Assembly (NCBI GenBank): GCA_041300865.1 | Contig: JBFYTF010000172.1 | Span: 113,754-177,753, forward strand | Length of the DNA: 64,000 nucleotides | Source of the DNA: Anaerolineae bacterium | GTDB lineage: Bacteria > Chloroflexota > Anaerolineae > JAAYZQ01 | Reading direction: 5' to 3' | In this document: positions 35,800 to 45,195 of the stretch, one piece after another | Layout: each line of letters starts with the position of its first letter | Position numbering within the stretch: the first letter of the stretch is position 1 | Made by a program: the position numbers and the translations under genes | The notes under the pieces: generated by a model | Told to the model about the DNA's origin: nothing | Seen by the model: the letters and a program-made list of their open reading frames with translations, nothing else | Databases searched by the model: none

Positions 35800-36960
35800 A
35801 TGAGGCACCTGCTCCTCCTGGCAACCCATGCGATCCAATATCAGACCCCAGTCTTCCGCTGCCTGCAGGAACAGCTCCAGGTGGACCTGCTTGTTGTGTT
35901 CCTTCGGGAACCGGCGTTCGACAGGCCCGATTGGGACCCGGAATTTGGCCGCTACGTGCAGTGGGATATTCCTCTTTCGCAAGGCTTTCGCTGGTCCACC
36001 GTGCCCCCGGGCAGTCTGCTTAGCCGGCTCAGGGTCCTGGCGCGCCTGCACCGCCAGGCGGGGCGGCCACCGATTATGCTGACCGGTTGGAGCACGCCTC
36101 TTCACTGGCTGATCTGGACCTGTGCGATACTGGCTCGGATTCCGGTTTTGCAGTGCGCCGAGACGAACCGGTTGTCTTACAGCCTTCGTTCTCGGCCCCT
36201 GTGGCGACACCTTTGGCTTCGTTTTCTGATCCGGCGTACGTCTGCTCTGCTGTGCATCGGCCAGCGCAATCGCGAGTTTTACGAATGGATGCGGGCCTCC
36301 GCTGCCCGGTTTTTCTCCTACCCCTATGGCGTCGACAACGAGCGTTTCCAGCAAAGCTACCGCCAGCATTGCACAGAGCGGGCAGGGCGGTTGGCCGAGC
36401 TGGGCCTGGATCCAGTCCTGCCGGTCCTGCTTTTCTGTGGCAAGCTCATTCGCAAGAAGCGGCCCGACCTGTTGCTTCAGGCCGTCGCGGCGGCCGGGCT
36501 GGCGCAGCGCGTTAACGTCCTCTTTGTCGGAGAGGGAGAGCTACGGCCCCAACTGGAAGCGCAAGTGGCTGAGCTTGGCCTTAGCCGGGTTGCCTTCCTC
36601 GGTTTTCTGAACCAATCCCAGATGCCCCTGGCCTATGCCCTCGGCGAGCTGCTCTGCCTGCTTTCCGATAGTCCGTCCGAGACCTGGGGCCTGGTGGTGA
36701 ACGAAGCGCTGGCCTGCGGCCGCCCGGTGCTCGTCAGTGAAAGCTGTGGCTGCGTGCCGGACCTCGTGGCTGGCAGGGGGACTGGCTGGATCGTGCCTCC
36801 TGGCGACCTGGCGTCCACAGCACAGGCACTGACAGACGCCCTGGAGCAGAGGGCCGTGTGGCCCGCCATGGGAGAGCGTGGGCAGGCGGTTGTGGCGAAC
36901 CACGCCCCGGCCGCCATGGCCCGCGGTGTGGTTTCGGCTCTGCAGGCAATGAGCGAATAG
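35800..36960 (+). CDS. Glycosyltransferase family 4
   Basis: It starts MRHLLLLATHAIQYQTPVF. The C-terminal 'ETWGLVVNEALACGRPVLVS' is an EX7E motif. The ORF-track start at 35701 gives a low-complexity extension and is rejected. Confidence 0.8.
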   Translation: MRHLLLLATHAIQYQTPVFRCLQEQLQVDLLVVFLREPAFDRPDWDPEFGRYVQWDIPLSQGFRWSTVPPGSLLSRLRVLARLHRQAGRPPIMLTGWSTPLHWLIWTCAILARIPVLQCAETNRLSYSLRSRPLWRHLWLRFLIRRTSALLCIGQRNREFYEWMRASAARFFSYPYGVDNERFQQSYRQHCTERAGRLAELGLDPVLPVLLFCGKLIRKKRPDLLLQAVAAAGLAQRVNVLFVGEGELRPQLEAQVAELGLSRVAFLGFLNQSQMPLAYALGELLCLLSDSPSETWGLVVNEALACGRPVLVSESCGCVPDLVAGRGTGWIVPPGDLASTAQALTDALEQRAVWPAMGERGQAVVANHAPAAMARGVVSALQAMSE

Positions 36961-36966
36961 GGAGAA

Positions 36967-38562
36967 ATGACCAGACTGCGCCAGACCGGGATCCGTCGCT
37001 CAGGGTTTCTGTTGGCCGCCTTCATCCTCATGGTGGCAGCCATGTCGATCGTTGTTCTGAGCACGGACGCCAGCCCCTTCCGCCTGGGCACCCATCGCCT
37101 TGGTGGCGCCTTCGAGCTGGCAGCCGCCGGGCTGGGGGCCGTGGTGGCGGGCACGATCTATTGGTGGGCTCGCCGCCGAGGTCGTTTTGATCCCTTCGAG
37201 ATGCCTGTCTGGTTCAGCTTGAATGCTTACGGACAGGTTGTGTTCAACGTCTGGATCCTTCAACGGGAGCAGGGTTTCAGCCGCTTTGTGTCCAACATGG
37301 CCACGCCGTCCACGCCTGCGCTGGCCGTCTTGCTCATGGCAGTCGGCTTGTCAGCTCTTTGGGCAGGCTACGTGGCCACCACTCGCTTGCTGCGTTCCCG
37401 GCCTCGTCCCACGCCGAACCTGCCCGGCAAGCCGAGGTGGCGCCTCATCGTCGGCATTTGGGCCGTCTGTAAGCTGCTGGAGGTCATGTCTGTTGTCAGC
37501 GGAGCGAATGCCTATCTGCCCCTCCGGAGTTCGGTATGGACCAACTACGTCGCCTTTGCGGGTCACCTGGGGGACCTTACTGCTTTTCTGCTGCTGCTTT
37601 ATCATTTTCGCCATCCCCGGACAATCAGTTGGCTGTGGCTGGTCGGCATGGCGGCGACGAACATTCTCCTGGGTCTCGTCGTTGGCACCAAGACCGCCGT
37701 TTACGTCCTGATTTACGCGGTGATGGCCATCTTCTATGCGCGCAACAGGCTGTCGGTGCGCTGGCTTGCCACAGGCTTCCTGGCTCTGCTGATGATCGTG
37801 CCCACGGTCAATACGTTCAGGACGAATCTCTACCGCGCAGGATTCAGTCGAAGCCTGGGCGCGGGTTTTGCGGAACGGGTGCCCATTCTGTTCTCGACCC
37901 TGGGTGATACCCTGTCGAACCCCCTATCGGGACTCGCCGACGAGACACGGGACACCTTCGAACGGAGGCAGGGAATCCTCCTGGAGGTAACGGTGGCCAT
38001 GATGGCTGTCCATCCCAGGCTCCAGCCTTTCGTGGGCCTGGATATGTTTACCGCCTTCGCCGAGCAGGCCGTCCCCCGCTTCCTCTGGCCCGGCAAACCC
38101 GCGGGAATGCTTGATCTGTATCTCATCCTGCCCACCTACCTGGGACTTCCGAACCACTCGTTGGCCACGCCAGGACAGTTTGGCGATGCCTACCGCGCCG
38201 GTGGGTGGCTCTTTGTCGTCGCCTGGTTTTCGCTGCTCGGAGCTTTGTCGGCCTGGCTCTATGCCCGTGGTCCGGGTTCTGGCGATCTGGGCGGTACCGC
38301 CTTTTACCTGCTCATGCTAACCAGTTTCATCACCTACGAAGACCACCTGGTGAGCACCTCCATGGAGATCCTGAAGTTCGGGATTCCTCTCTGGTTGGCA
38401 AACAGGTATCTGCTGTTCGGGGTGGGCGACCGCGATCGCGGTCTTGGTTCCGAGCGGGCAGTGCCTACGGGCGTTGGCTTTCAGGGGGCTTGGAGGCCAA
38501 AGGCTCAGCTTGAAGTAGACCCGAAAGCCAGCGCCTCACCCGAGCCTCGGCCCAGACCGTGA
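36967..38562 (+). CDS. Polytopic membrane protein, candidate Wzy-type repeat-unit polymerase
   Basis: 531 aa with >=10 hydrophobic helices and one larger loop. It sits between GT genes and has reduced G+C. The assignment rests on context and topology only. Confidence 0.5.
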   Translation: MTRLRQTGIRRSGFLLAAFILMVAAMSIVVLSTDASPFRLGTHRLGGAFELAAAGLGAVVAGTIYWWARRRGRFDPFEMPVWFSLNAYGQVVFNVWILQREQGFSRFVSNMATPSTPALAVLLMAVGLSALWAGYVATTRLLRSRPRPTPNLPGKPRWRLIVGIWAVCKLLEVMSVVSGANAYLPLRSSVWTNYVAFAGHLGDLTAFLLLLYHFRHPRTISWLWLVGMAATNILLGLVVGTKTAVYVLIYAVMAIFYARNRLSVRWLATGFLALLMIVPTVNTFRTNLYRAGFSRSLGAGFAERVPILFSTLGDTLSNPLSGLADETRDTFERRQGILLEVTVAMMAVHPRLQPFVGLDMFTAFAEQAVPRFLWPGKPAGMLDLYLILPTYLGLPNHSLATPGQFGDAYRAGGWLFVVAWFSLLGALSAWLYARGPGSGDLGGTAFYLLMLTSFITYEDHLVSTSMEILKFGIPLWLANRYLLFGVGDRDRGLGSERAVPTGVGFQGAWRPKAQLEVDPKASASPEPRPRP

Positions 38563-40166
38563 ACGCTCGAGCCACCCATCTCCGCACAGGGGCTGCTTTG
38601 GTGGGGCGTCTCCTTCCAGCCTTTGTTGCCCTCCTGGCGGCACTGTATCTGCTCCAGGCACGGTCCCCACTCCGGATCAATACAGACTCCTATCGTCTGC
38701 TCGCCATGGCCGTTTCTGCGTACGAGGGACACGGATACGTGGTGAATGGCAATCCCGACCAATTTCCCGTGGGGTATCCCCTGGTGGTGAGGACGATGCT
38801 GCAGGCAGGTCTGGCTTCCTCCATGACCTTGGTTCTGCTAAACCTGCTGGGCCTCGCAGTTGGACTGTGGGCCTTTTACCGGTGGTCTGCGGCGCAGGCC
38901 GTGTCCTCTTCCGCCGCATTGCCCCTAGCCTTTGTCCTTTCTTCTTGGGTCATGGTCAAACATGTGACGCTCCCGCTCACAGAACTGCTGTATTTTGGCC
39001 TATCGTCGTTATCCCTCTTTTGCGACTGGCTCTTTCGCCGGGAGACAGGACGTAGAAAGTGGTGGTTCTTCTCTGCCGCGGTTGTCCTCGCATATGGCGC
39101 GCTTCAGTGCCGATCCGTTGGACTGACTCTTTTCCCCGTGCTTGCCATCACTGCTCTCGTGCACAAAGACCATTATCAATTCCTGAGAGCGGCTGTCGGG
39201 CACAGGAAGCAAGTTCCTGTGTACCTTGGCGTGGCGGTTTTCCTGTCTCTGGTCGCGTTGGCCCTGACTTCAAAGACAGCATGGTACGAGACGCAGTTTG
39301 GAGGCGACGGAAGCTACTTCCAATCTTTGCTTGGCTCTACCGCCGACGCTGGCATCGTGTCCGGCCTGATCCAGAACACGCGCCACCGAATCCTCGAGTT
39401 TGGTGAGATATTCGCCAACCTGCCACGCGACAAATTCCCGCAGTTGCTTCCCATCTTTGCGTTGGCCGGTCTGGTGGCGTGGATGGCCTTGATGCGCGGC
39501 GCCTGGCTGCTGTTGCGCACGCGTGACTGGCTGCCTATGCCCTTGTATTTTCTGACATACTCTTCCCTGATGCTGGTCTGGCCCTACTACGATTCTCGGT
39601 TTTGGCTTCCTCTCTTGCCCGTCATGGCCATTCTGCTTCTCCACGCGCTCCAAGACCTCGAAGATCGTTGGCCTGCCGCGCGGTTTTTGTCTCGCGCGTA
39701 CTTGACCGGCTTCTTTCTCTTCGGGCTCGTTGCTCTCGCCTTCAGCACTCGAATATCCCTCTCTGGAAGGGAATTCAGCGAGGTTTACGGTGAAGGCACC
39801 ACGAAAATGACGTACCGGTATTCCTTTCAAAACGGCAAACCCGTGGACTGGAATCGCGTAAACGAGGACCATGTCTGGATCTTGCGGATTTTTGAGCCTT
39901 TAGCTAGGCCGGATGAGGCCCAGGGCGGAGGGCGACCAGGCGTTGACGGTGTGAGCCCTGCGACTCCCCACGGTTGTGGGGGCGACGCCGATAGGCATTG
40001 CCAGGCTGTGCGGCGGCGGGCCGTTGGGCGAACGCTGCCATCGCCACAGGTTCAGCGCTCAGCCGGCCTGCTGGGCGCAATGGGGGAGCGAGCTAACCTG
40101 GTCGTCGCCCGGTGCTCCCCGGCCAAGACAGCCACAAGAGCCGTGGCTGCCGGCGGAAGCCCATGA
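38559..40166 (+). CDS. Polytopic membrane protein, GT-C/PMT_2-like
   Basis: 535 aa with N-terminal multi-TM topology and 'INTDSYRLLAMAVSAYEGHGY' in the first loop. G+C is low until ~39900. The last ~90 codons are high-GC and low-complexity. It has a GTGA overlap upstream and an ATGA overlap downstream. Confidence 0.5.
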   Translation: MNARATHLRTGAALVGRLLPAFVALLAALYLLQARSPLRINTDSYRLLAMAVSAYEGHGYVVNGNPDQFPVGYPLVVRTMLQAGLASSMTLVLLNLLGLAVGLWAFYRWSAAQAVSSSAALPLAFVLSSWVMVKHVTLPLTELLYFGLSSLSLFCDWLFRRETGRRKWWFFSAAVVLAYGALQCRSVGLTLFPVLAITALVHKDHYQFLRAAVGHRKQVPVYLGVAVFLSLVALALTSKTAWYETQFGGDGSYFQSLLGSTADAGIVSGLIQNTRHRILEFGEIFANLPRDKFPQLLPIFALAGLVAWMALMRGAWLLLRTRDWLPMPLYFLTYSSLMLVWPYYDSRFWLPLLPVMAILLLHALQDLEDRWPAARFLSRAYLTGFFLFGLVALAFSTRISLSGREFSEVYGEGTTKMTYRYSFQNGKPVDWNRVNEDHVWILRIFEPLARPDEAQGGGRPGVDGVSPATPHGCGGDADRHCQAVRRRAVGRTLPSPQVQRSAGLLGAMGERANLVVARCSPAKTATRAVAAGGSP

Positions 40167-41323
40167 CGGAGCTCCAGGTTGCCCGGCAGCGTAGGGCGTT
40201 GTTGGCCATCACCGGTGCCTTTCAGGCGCCAGGTGGCATTGCCGCCGTGAGCCGGCTGGCCATACGCTGCCTCGCCGATGAGGGCTACCGGCTTGACGTA
40301 TTGTCGCTGGCCGAGGATCGTTCCATCTTTGTGCCCGGCTACGCCGACCCCGCACACCTGCGCTACCAGGCCTTTGGAGGCAACAAGCTGGCGTTTGTTG
40401 CTGCGGCCTGGCGCAGGCTTATGGCAGCCGACTACGACCTGGTCCTGTCCGATCACGTCAACGTCGCGGCTACCCTGGCGCCGGCTGCTTGGGCTCGGCG
40501 GTGTGAGTACCTGGTGTGGCTCTGTGGCGTGGAGGTCTTTCCGCCGCGCCCCGACTGGGAGGGGAGGATGGGGCTGACCTATGCCTCAAGGCGCCTGGCC
40601 ATCTCGTCCTACACCCGCGACAGGGTAGCCAGCCGCTTTCCCGAGCTCCCAGCCCAGGTCTGTGAGCTGGCCCTCGACCCCATCCGCCATGCGTGGGAGC
40701 TGCCGGCCCAGCCGGATCCTTCCCGACCGCAGCTCGCGCTGAAGGCGGCGAACGGCCGGGAGCAGCCCCTGGGCGCCGCTGTACTCCTCATGGTGGGGAG
40801 GATGCTCAGCACGGAGCGCTATAAGGGACACGAATGCCTGCTGCGTGCCTTTCCGGAAGTGGTGCAGGCCTTTCCCCGGGCACAGTTGGTCCTGGTTGGC
40901 CGTGGCGACGACCGCCCCCGGCTACATGCCATGGCTTTCAGCCTCCCCGAGGCGCTGCAGTCGCGCATTTTCATGCCGGACCATGTGGGCGACGATCTCT
41001 TGCGCCAACTCTACCAGGCCTGCTACCTCTTTGCCATGCCCAGCAAAGGCGAGGGCTTTGGCCTCGTCTACCTGGAGGCGATGAGCCATGCCCGGGCCTG
41101 CCTGGGCGGCAAGATCGATGCCACCCCTGGCGTGGTGCGCGATGGCTTGACGGGCGTACTTGTCGATGACCCGCAGTCGCCGCGCCAGGTGGCCGAAGCA
41201 CTCTGTTGGTTGCTGGCACACCCTGAGCGCACGGCGGAGCTGGGCCGGGCAGGGTACGATTTGGTGCGCTCCTACTATCTGTATCCTCACTTCCGAGAGC
41301 GATTCCGGAAGGCGATTGCCTGA
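40163..41323 (+). CDS. Glycosyltransferase family 4
   Basis: 'GEGFGLVYLEAMSHARACL' is an EX7E motif. The ATG at 40163 overlaps the upstream stop. Confidence 0.8.
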   Translation: MTELQVARQRRALLAITGAFQAPGGIAAVSRLAIRCLADEGYRLDVLSLAEDRSIFVPGYADPAHLRYQAFGGNKLAFVAAAWRRLMAADYDLVLSDHVNVAATLAPAAWARRCEYLVWLCGVEVFPPRPDWEGRMGLTYASRRLAISSYTRDRVASRFPELPAQVCELALDPIRHAWELPAQPDPSRPQLALKAANGREQPLGAAVLLMVGRMLSTERYKGHECLLRAFPEVVQAFPRAQLVLVGRGDDRPRLHAMAFSLPEALQSRIFMPDHVGDDLLRQLYQACYLFAMPSKGEGFGLVYLEAMSHARACLGGKIDATPGVVRDGLTGVLVDDPQSPRQVAEALCWLLAHPERTAELGRAGYDLVRSYYLYPHFRERFRKAIA

Positions 41324-41346
41324 AAGCCGAGAGGACCGACCTCGTC

Positions 41347-43236
41347 ATGTGTGGCATCTGCGGTGCCGTGGGCTTTGAAGCAGCTGGGCGTCTCGTGCGG
41401 GCCATGAACGCCCGCCTTGTTCATCGCGGCCCCGACAGCGCGGGCTACCTGGACGCCGGGCAGGTGGCACTTGGCATTCGCCGCCTGCGGATCATTGACC
41501 TGAACACGGGCGATCAGCCCATTTACAGCCACGATCGGCGCCGCGCCATCGTGTTCAACGGCGAGATCTATAACTTTCGTGCTCTGCGCGCCGAGCTGGA
41601 AGCGTTGGGTTATCGTTTTGCGACGCACAGCGACACCGAAGTGGTGCTCCACGCCTACGAGGAATGGGGCCTGGGGTGTTTGCCCCGGCTGCGGGGCATG
41701 TTCGCTTTTGCCCTCTACGAGTCAGCCTCGGGCGATGAACCGGGGGCAGGCTCACTCCTACTTGCCCGGGACCGGTTTGGCATCAAACCCCTTTACCTCT
41801 GGCACGACGGCCGGCGCTTGCTCTTTGCCTCCGAGGTACGGGCGCTATTGAGCAGCGGTGCCATTTCGCTCGAGCTTTCTGCCGCCGGCCTTTATACCTA
41901 TCTCGCCTTTGGCAGCGTGCAAGAGCCGCTGACCATCGTAAACGGGGTGACATCGCTGGCGCCGGGCAGTTGGCTGCAAATGACCCTGGCGGCGGATGGG
42001 CTACAGACCAGGTCGGGGCGGTACTGGCGACCTCCCGTTCTGGACGGGGCAGCACATCCTGAGCCAGGGACCGTATATCACTGGCTGGCGGATGCGGTCA
42101 GGGACCACCTGGTGAGCGACGTGCCTTTGGGCGCGTTTCTCAGCGGAGGGCTTGACTCTGGTACGTTGGTTGCCCTAGGCACCGAAGCCTTGGGCAGCCC
42201 GCTGTCCACCTTTACCCTGGGGTTCGACGGCTGGGCAGACGACGAGCGCAACCAGGCGGCGCTTACCGCTCAACGCTGGAACAGCCGCCGGCAGGTTCGG
42301 GTCCTCGGAGCGGCTGACGTCCTGGCCGACTTGCCCGAGGCCCTGGCTGACCTGGATCAGCCCAGCGTCGACGGGATCAACACCTGGTACGTATCGCGCG
42401 CGGCGCGGCGGGCCGGTTTGACGGTTGCACTGTCGGGCATCGGTGGCGACGAGCTCTTTGCCGGCTATACCTCCTTCCGCCTGGTGCCCCGACTGAAGCG
42501 GGCGCAGAGGTTACTGCCGGACGGGCTGCAGAGAGTCCCCTCTGCGGAGTTGCTCTCGCGCTTGCCGTCCAGCGCCCGGCGCTGGCGCAAGCTGGCCGAC
42601 CTGCTCTCGCGAGATCTGTTCTTCGACCACCCTTATTTCCTCCTGCGCAGCCTGTTCGCACCTCAACAGGTCGCCGGGCTGCTCCAGCCTGCCGTGCTTG
42701 AGTGTCTGTCGGCGGGCGATGCGGCGCTCGGGCAGTGGCGACAGCACGTTGACGATGACATCCGGGTGGCCGAGAACTATGACCAGGTCGGCGAGGTCTC
42801 CTGGCTGGAGCTCAGCCAATACTTGCGCTCCACGTTGCTGCGCGACGCCGATGCCATGAGCATGGCGCATTCGCTCGAGGTGCGCGTGCCATTCCTGGAT
42901 CACGTTCTTGTCGAACAGATCTTGAGCGTGGAGGGCCGGTGCAAGCTGGGCCGGCAGCCAAAACCGCTCCTCGTCGCTGCGGTGGGCGACCGGTTGCCCT
43001 CAGAGATTGTTGCCCGCAAGAAGCGAACGTTCACCTTCCCCTTTGAGAAGTGGCTGCGCGAGGATCTGGCGGTGTTGGTGGGCAAAGCCCTGACCAATCC
43101 ACCGGAACAGCTTTTCCCGTGGCTGGAGCCTGCCGGCACCCATCACGTGTGGACCGAGTTCGAGCAGGCGGGCACGACGTGGTCGCGGCCGTGGGCCCTG
43201 TTTGTCTTGGCCGAATGGGCCCACAGGAACCTCTAG
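41347..43236 (+). CDS. asnB: Asparagine synthase (glutamine-hydrolysing)-family amidotransferase
   Basis: It has an MCGI N-terminal nucleophile Cys. 'FNGEIYNF', 'SDTEV' and 'SGGLDS' (PP-loop) are present. Confidence 0.9.
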   Translation: MCGICGAVGFEAAGRLVRAMNARLVHRGPDSAGYLDAGQVALGIRRLRIIDLNTGDQPIYSHDRRRAIVFNGEIYNFRALRAELEALGYRFATHSDTEVVLHAYEEWGLGCLPRLRGMFAFALYESASGDEPGAGSLLLARDRFGIKPLYLWHDGRRLLFASEVRALLSSGAISLELSAAGLYTYLAFGSVQEPLTIVNGVTSLAPGSWLQMTLAADGLQTRSGRYWRPPVLDGAAHPEPGTVYHWLADAVRDHLVSDVPLGAFLSGGLDSGTLVALGTEALGSPLSTFTLGFDGWADDERNQAALTAQRWNSRRQVRVLGAADVLADLPEALADLDQPSVDGINTWYVSRAARRAGLTVALSGIGGDELFAGYTSFRLVPRLKRAQRLLPDGLQRVPSAELLSRLPSSARRWRKLADLLSRDLFFDHPYFLLRSLFAPQQVAGLLQPAVLECLSAGDAALGQWRQHVDDDIRVAENYDQVGEVSWLELSQYLRSTLLRDADAMSMAHSLEVRVPFLDHVLVEQILSVEGRCKLGRQPKPLLVAAVGDRLPSEIVARKKRTFTFPFEKWLREDLAVLVGKALTNPPEQLFPWLEPAGTHHVWTEFEQAGTTWSRPWALFVLAEWAHRNL

Positions 43237-43252
43237 TGCGCCAGGGCCACAG

Positions 43253-44521
43253 ATGAAGGTCCTCTGGGTTCTGCCCTACTACGAGGGCGCCATCGTCTAT
43301 GGCGGTCCGGCCCGCTCCCTGCCTCTCCTTTGCCAGGCGCTGGCTGGCCAGGGAGTCGAGGTGTCGGTGCTGGCCACCAATGCGAACGGCCGGGACGTCC
43401 TCGACGTGCCCCTGCGCCGGCCCTTATCAAGCGCTGGCGTGGCGGTCACCTACTACCCCCGCCTGACCGCCGCGCGCTTTGCCCTGTCGCCGGAGTTGGC
43501 CCTGGCCTGCGGTCGCCGCTGCACCGAGTTCGACCTGGTGCACACGGCCGGCCTGTTTACCTTTCCCTCGCTGGTCGCGGTGCGCCTGGCAGCGGCCCGG
43601 GGCGTGCCGGCGGTCCTATCACCGAAGGGGGAGCTGATGTCGTGGGCCCTGGGCTACAAGGCGTACAAGAAAAGGGCGTTCATGCGCTTCGTCGGCGCCG
43701 GGCACCTACGCCGGGCGGCTGCCCTGCACTGCACAGACGACCTGGAGCGCCAGGCGGTAGCGGCCCTGGGGCTTACCAACCCGACGCACCTGGTGCCCAA
43801 CGCCCTGGATACCACACGGTTCCGGCACTTGCCGCCCCGGGGTGCGCTGCGCCGCGCCCTGGGCATTCCCGCCGAGGGTGCCGTCGTCCTTTGCCTGGGG
43901 CGCCTCCACCCCGTCAAGCGCCCGGATCTGGCCCTGAAGGCGTTTACCTGCGTCGCCCACCGGTTCCCAGCAGCGCACTTGCTCTTTGTCGGGCCCGATG
44001 AGGCCGGCCTGAAGCGCACCCTGCGGGCCGCCGCCGCAGAAGCGGGCTGCATCGGCCGCGTGCATTTTGCGGGGCTCGTTGACCAGGCGGGCGTTTTCCA
44101 GGCCCTCGCCGATGCCGACCTGTTGCTCATGCCCTCGGAGTCCGAGAACTTTGGAATGGCAGCGGCCGAGGCCATGGCCGCAGGCCTGCCCCAGGTCATC
44201 TCCGACCGGGTTGGCCTGGCGCGTTACGTCGCCAGCTCGGGGGCCGGCCGCGTGACCTCGCTTGACCCGGCTGTGATGGCGGGGCATCTCGCCGAGCTGC
44301 TGGCCGATCCAGCCGCCCTGCCGGCCATGGGCCGTCGAGGCCAGGACACAGCCGCGGACTTGTTTGGGCTGGAGGCCGTCGGCCGGCGGCTGGTGGACGT
44401 CTACCACCAGGTGCTGTCTGCCCGGCGAAGTGGAGAGGGCTTGGTCGTTGACACACCGCAACGCCGGCCACTGCCGCTGGCCAACCAGCCAAGCTCAGGC
44501 CAGGAGGTGGGCGGTGAGTGA
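43253..44521 (+). CDS. Glycosyltransferase family 4
   Basis: It starts MKVLWVLPYYEGAIVYGGP. 'SENFGMAAAEAMAAGLPQV' is an EX7E motif. Confidence 0.85.
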   Translation: MKVLWVLPYYEGAIVYGGPARSLPLLCQALAGQGVEVSVLATNANGRDVLDVPLRRPLSSAGVAVTYYPRLTAARFALSPELALACGRRCTEFDLVHTAGLFTFPSLVAVRLAAARGVPAVLSPKGELMSWALGYKAYKKRAFMRFVGAGHLRRAAALHCTDDLERQAVAALGLTNPTHLVPNALDTTRFRHLPPRGALRRALGIPAEGAVVLCLGRLHPVKRPDLALKAFTCVAHRFPAAHLLFVGPDEAGLKRTLRAAAAEAGCIGRVHFAGLVDQAGVFQALADADLLLMPSESENFGMAAAEAMAAGLPQVISDRVGLARYVASSGAGRVTSLDPAVMAGHLAELLADPAALPAMGRRGQDTAADLFGLEAVGRRLVDVYHQVLSARRSGEGLVVDTPQRRPLPLANQPSSGQEVGGE

Positions 44522-45194
44522 CTTTGGCGTGTACCTGGCCCACGCCGTTGATTCTCCGTGGAAGGTCGCGAGCGAGTGGCGGCGCGGGTGGGCCTATCCG
44601 CGCGCCAGGCTGCTCTTTGCGCTCAATGGGATCGCGTGGGGCTCCGCCTGGCGCCTTTACGGCGTGCCCATTATCCAGAAGCACCGTGACAGCCAGATGG
44701 CGTTCGGCTCCGGCCTGAATCTGCGCTCGACCACACGCTCGAATCCCCTGGGGCCCAACCGGCCCGTCATGCTTGTAACGTGGCAGGCTGGCGCGCTGTT
44801 GGCTGTCGGCCGCGATTTTGGCATGACCGGGGGGTCAATCTGTGCCGCACGCGAGATCGTGATCGGCGATGGAGTAACCGTAGGCGCGAATTCCATCCTT
44901 ATTGACACCGACTTCCACGCGCTGGATCCGGAATGCAGGCTTAGGGGCCAGGATCAGGCGGCGACGGCTCCGGTCCGGATCGAGGACGAGGTCTTTATCG
45001 GGATGAGCTGCCTGGTTCTCAAAGGGGTAACCATCGGGCGGGGCTGCGTCGTGGGTGCAGGCAGCGTCGTGACGAACGATCTGCCGTCCGGCTGGGTCTG
45101 CGCCGGCAATCCGGCCCGGCCCATTCGCCCTCTTGAGCCCCGGCCTCGAGCCAGGCCGCCCAGCTTGCCCACAGCGCAGGCGGAGGCCCGTTGA
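44514..45194 (+). CDS. Left-handed beta-helix (hexapeptide) acetyltransferase
   Basis: The hexapeptide repeats are 'IGDGVTVGANSIL', 'IEDEVFIGMSCLVLKGVTIGRGCVVGAGSVV'. The GTG at 44514 follows AGGAGG with 6-nt spacing and overlaps the upstream stop. Confidence 0.75.
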   Translation: MSDFGVYLAHAVDSPWKVASEWRRGWAYPRARLLFALNGIAWGSAWRLYGVPIIQKHRDSQMAFGSGLNLRSTTRSNPLGPNRPVMLVTWQAGALLAVGRDFGMTGGSICAAREIVIGDGVTVGANSILIDTDFHALDPECRLRGQDQAATAPVRIEDEVFIGMSCLVLKGVTIGRGCVVGAGSVVTNDLPSGWVCAGNPARPIRPLEPRPRARPPSLPTAQAEAR

Positions 45195-45195
45195 G

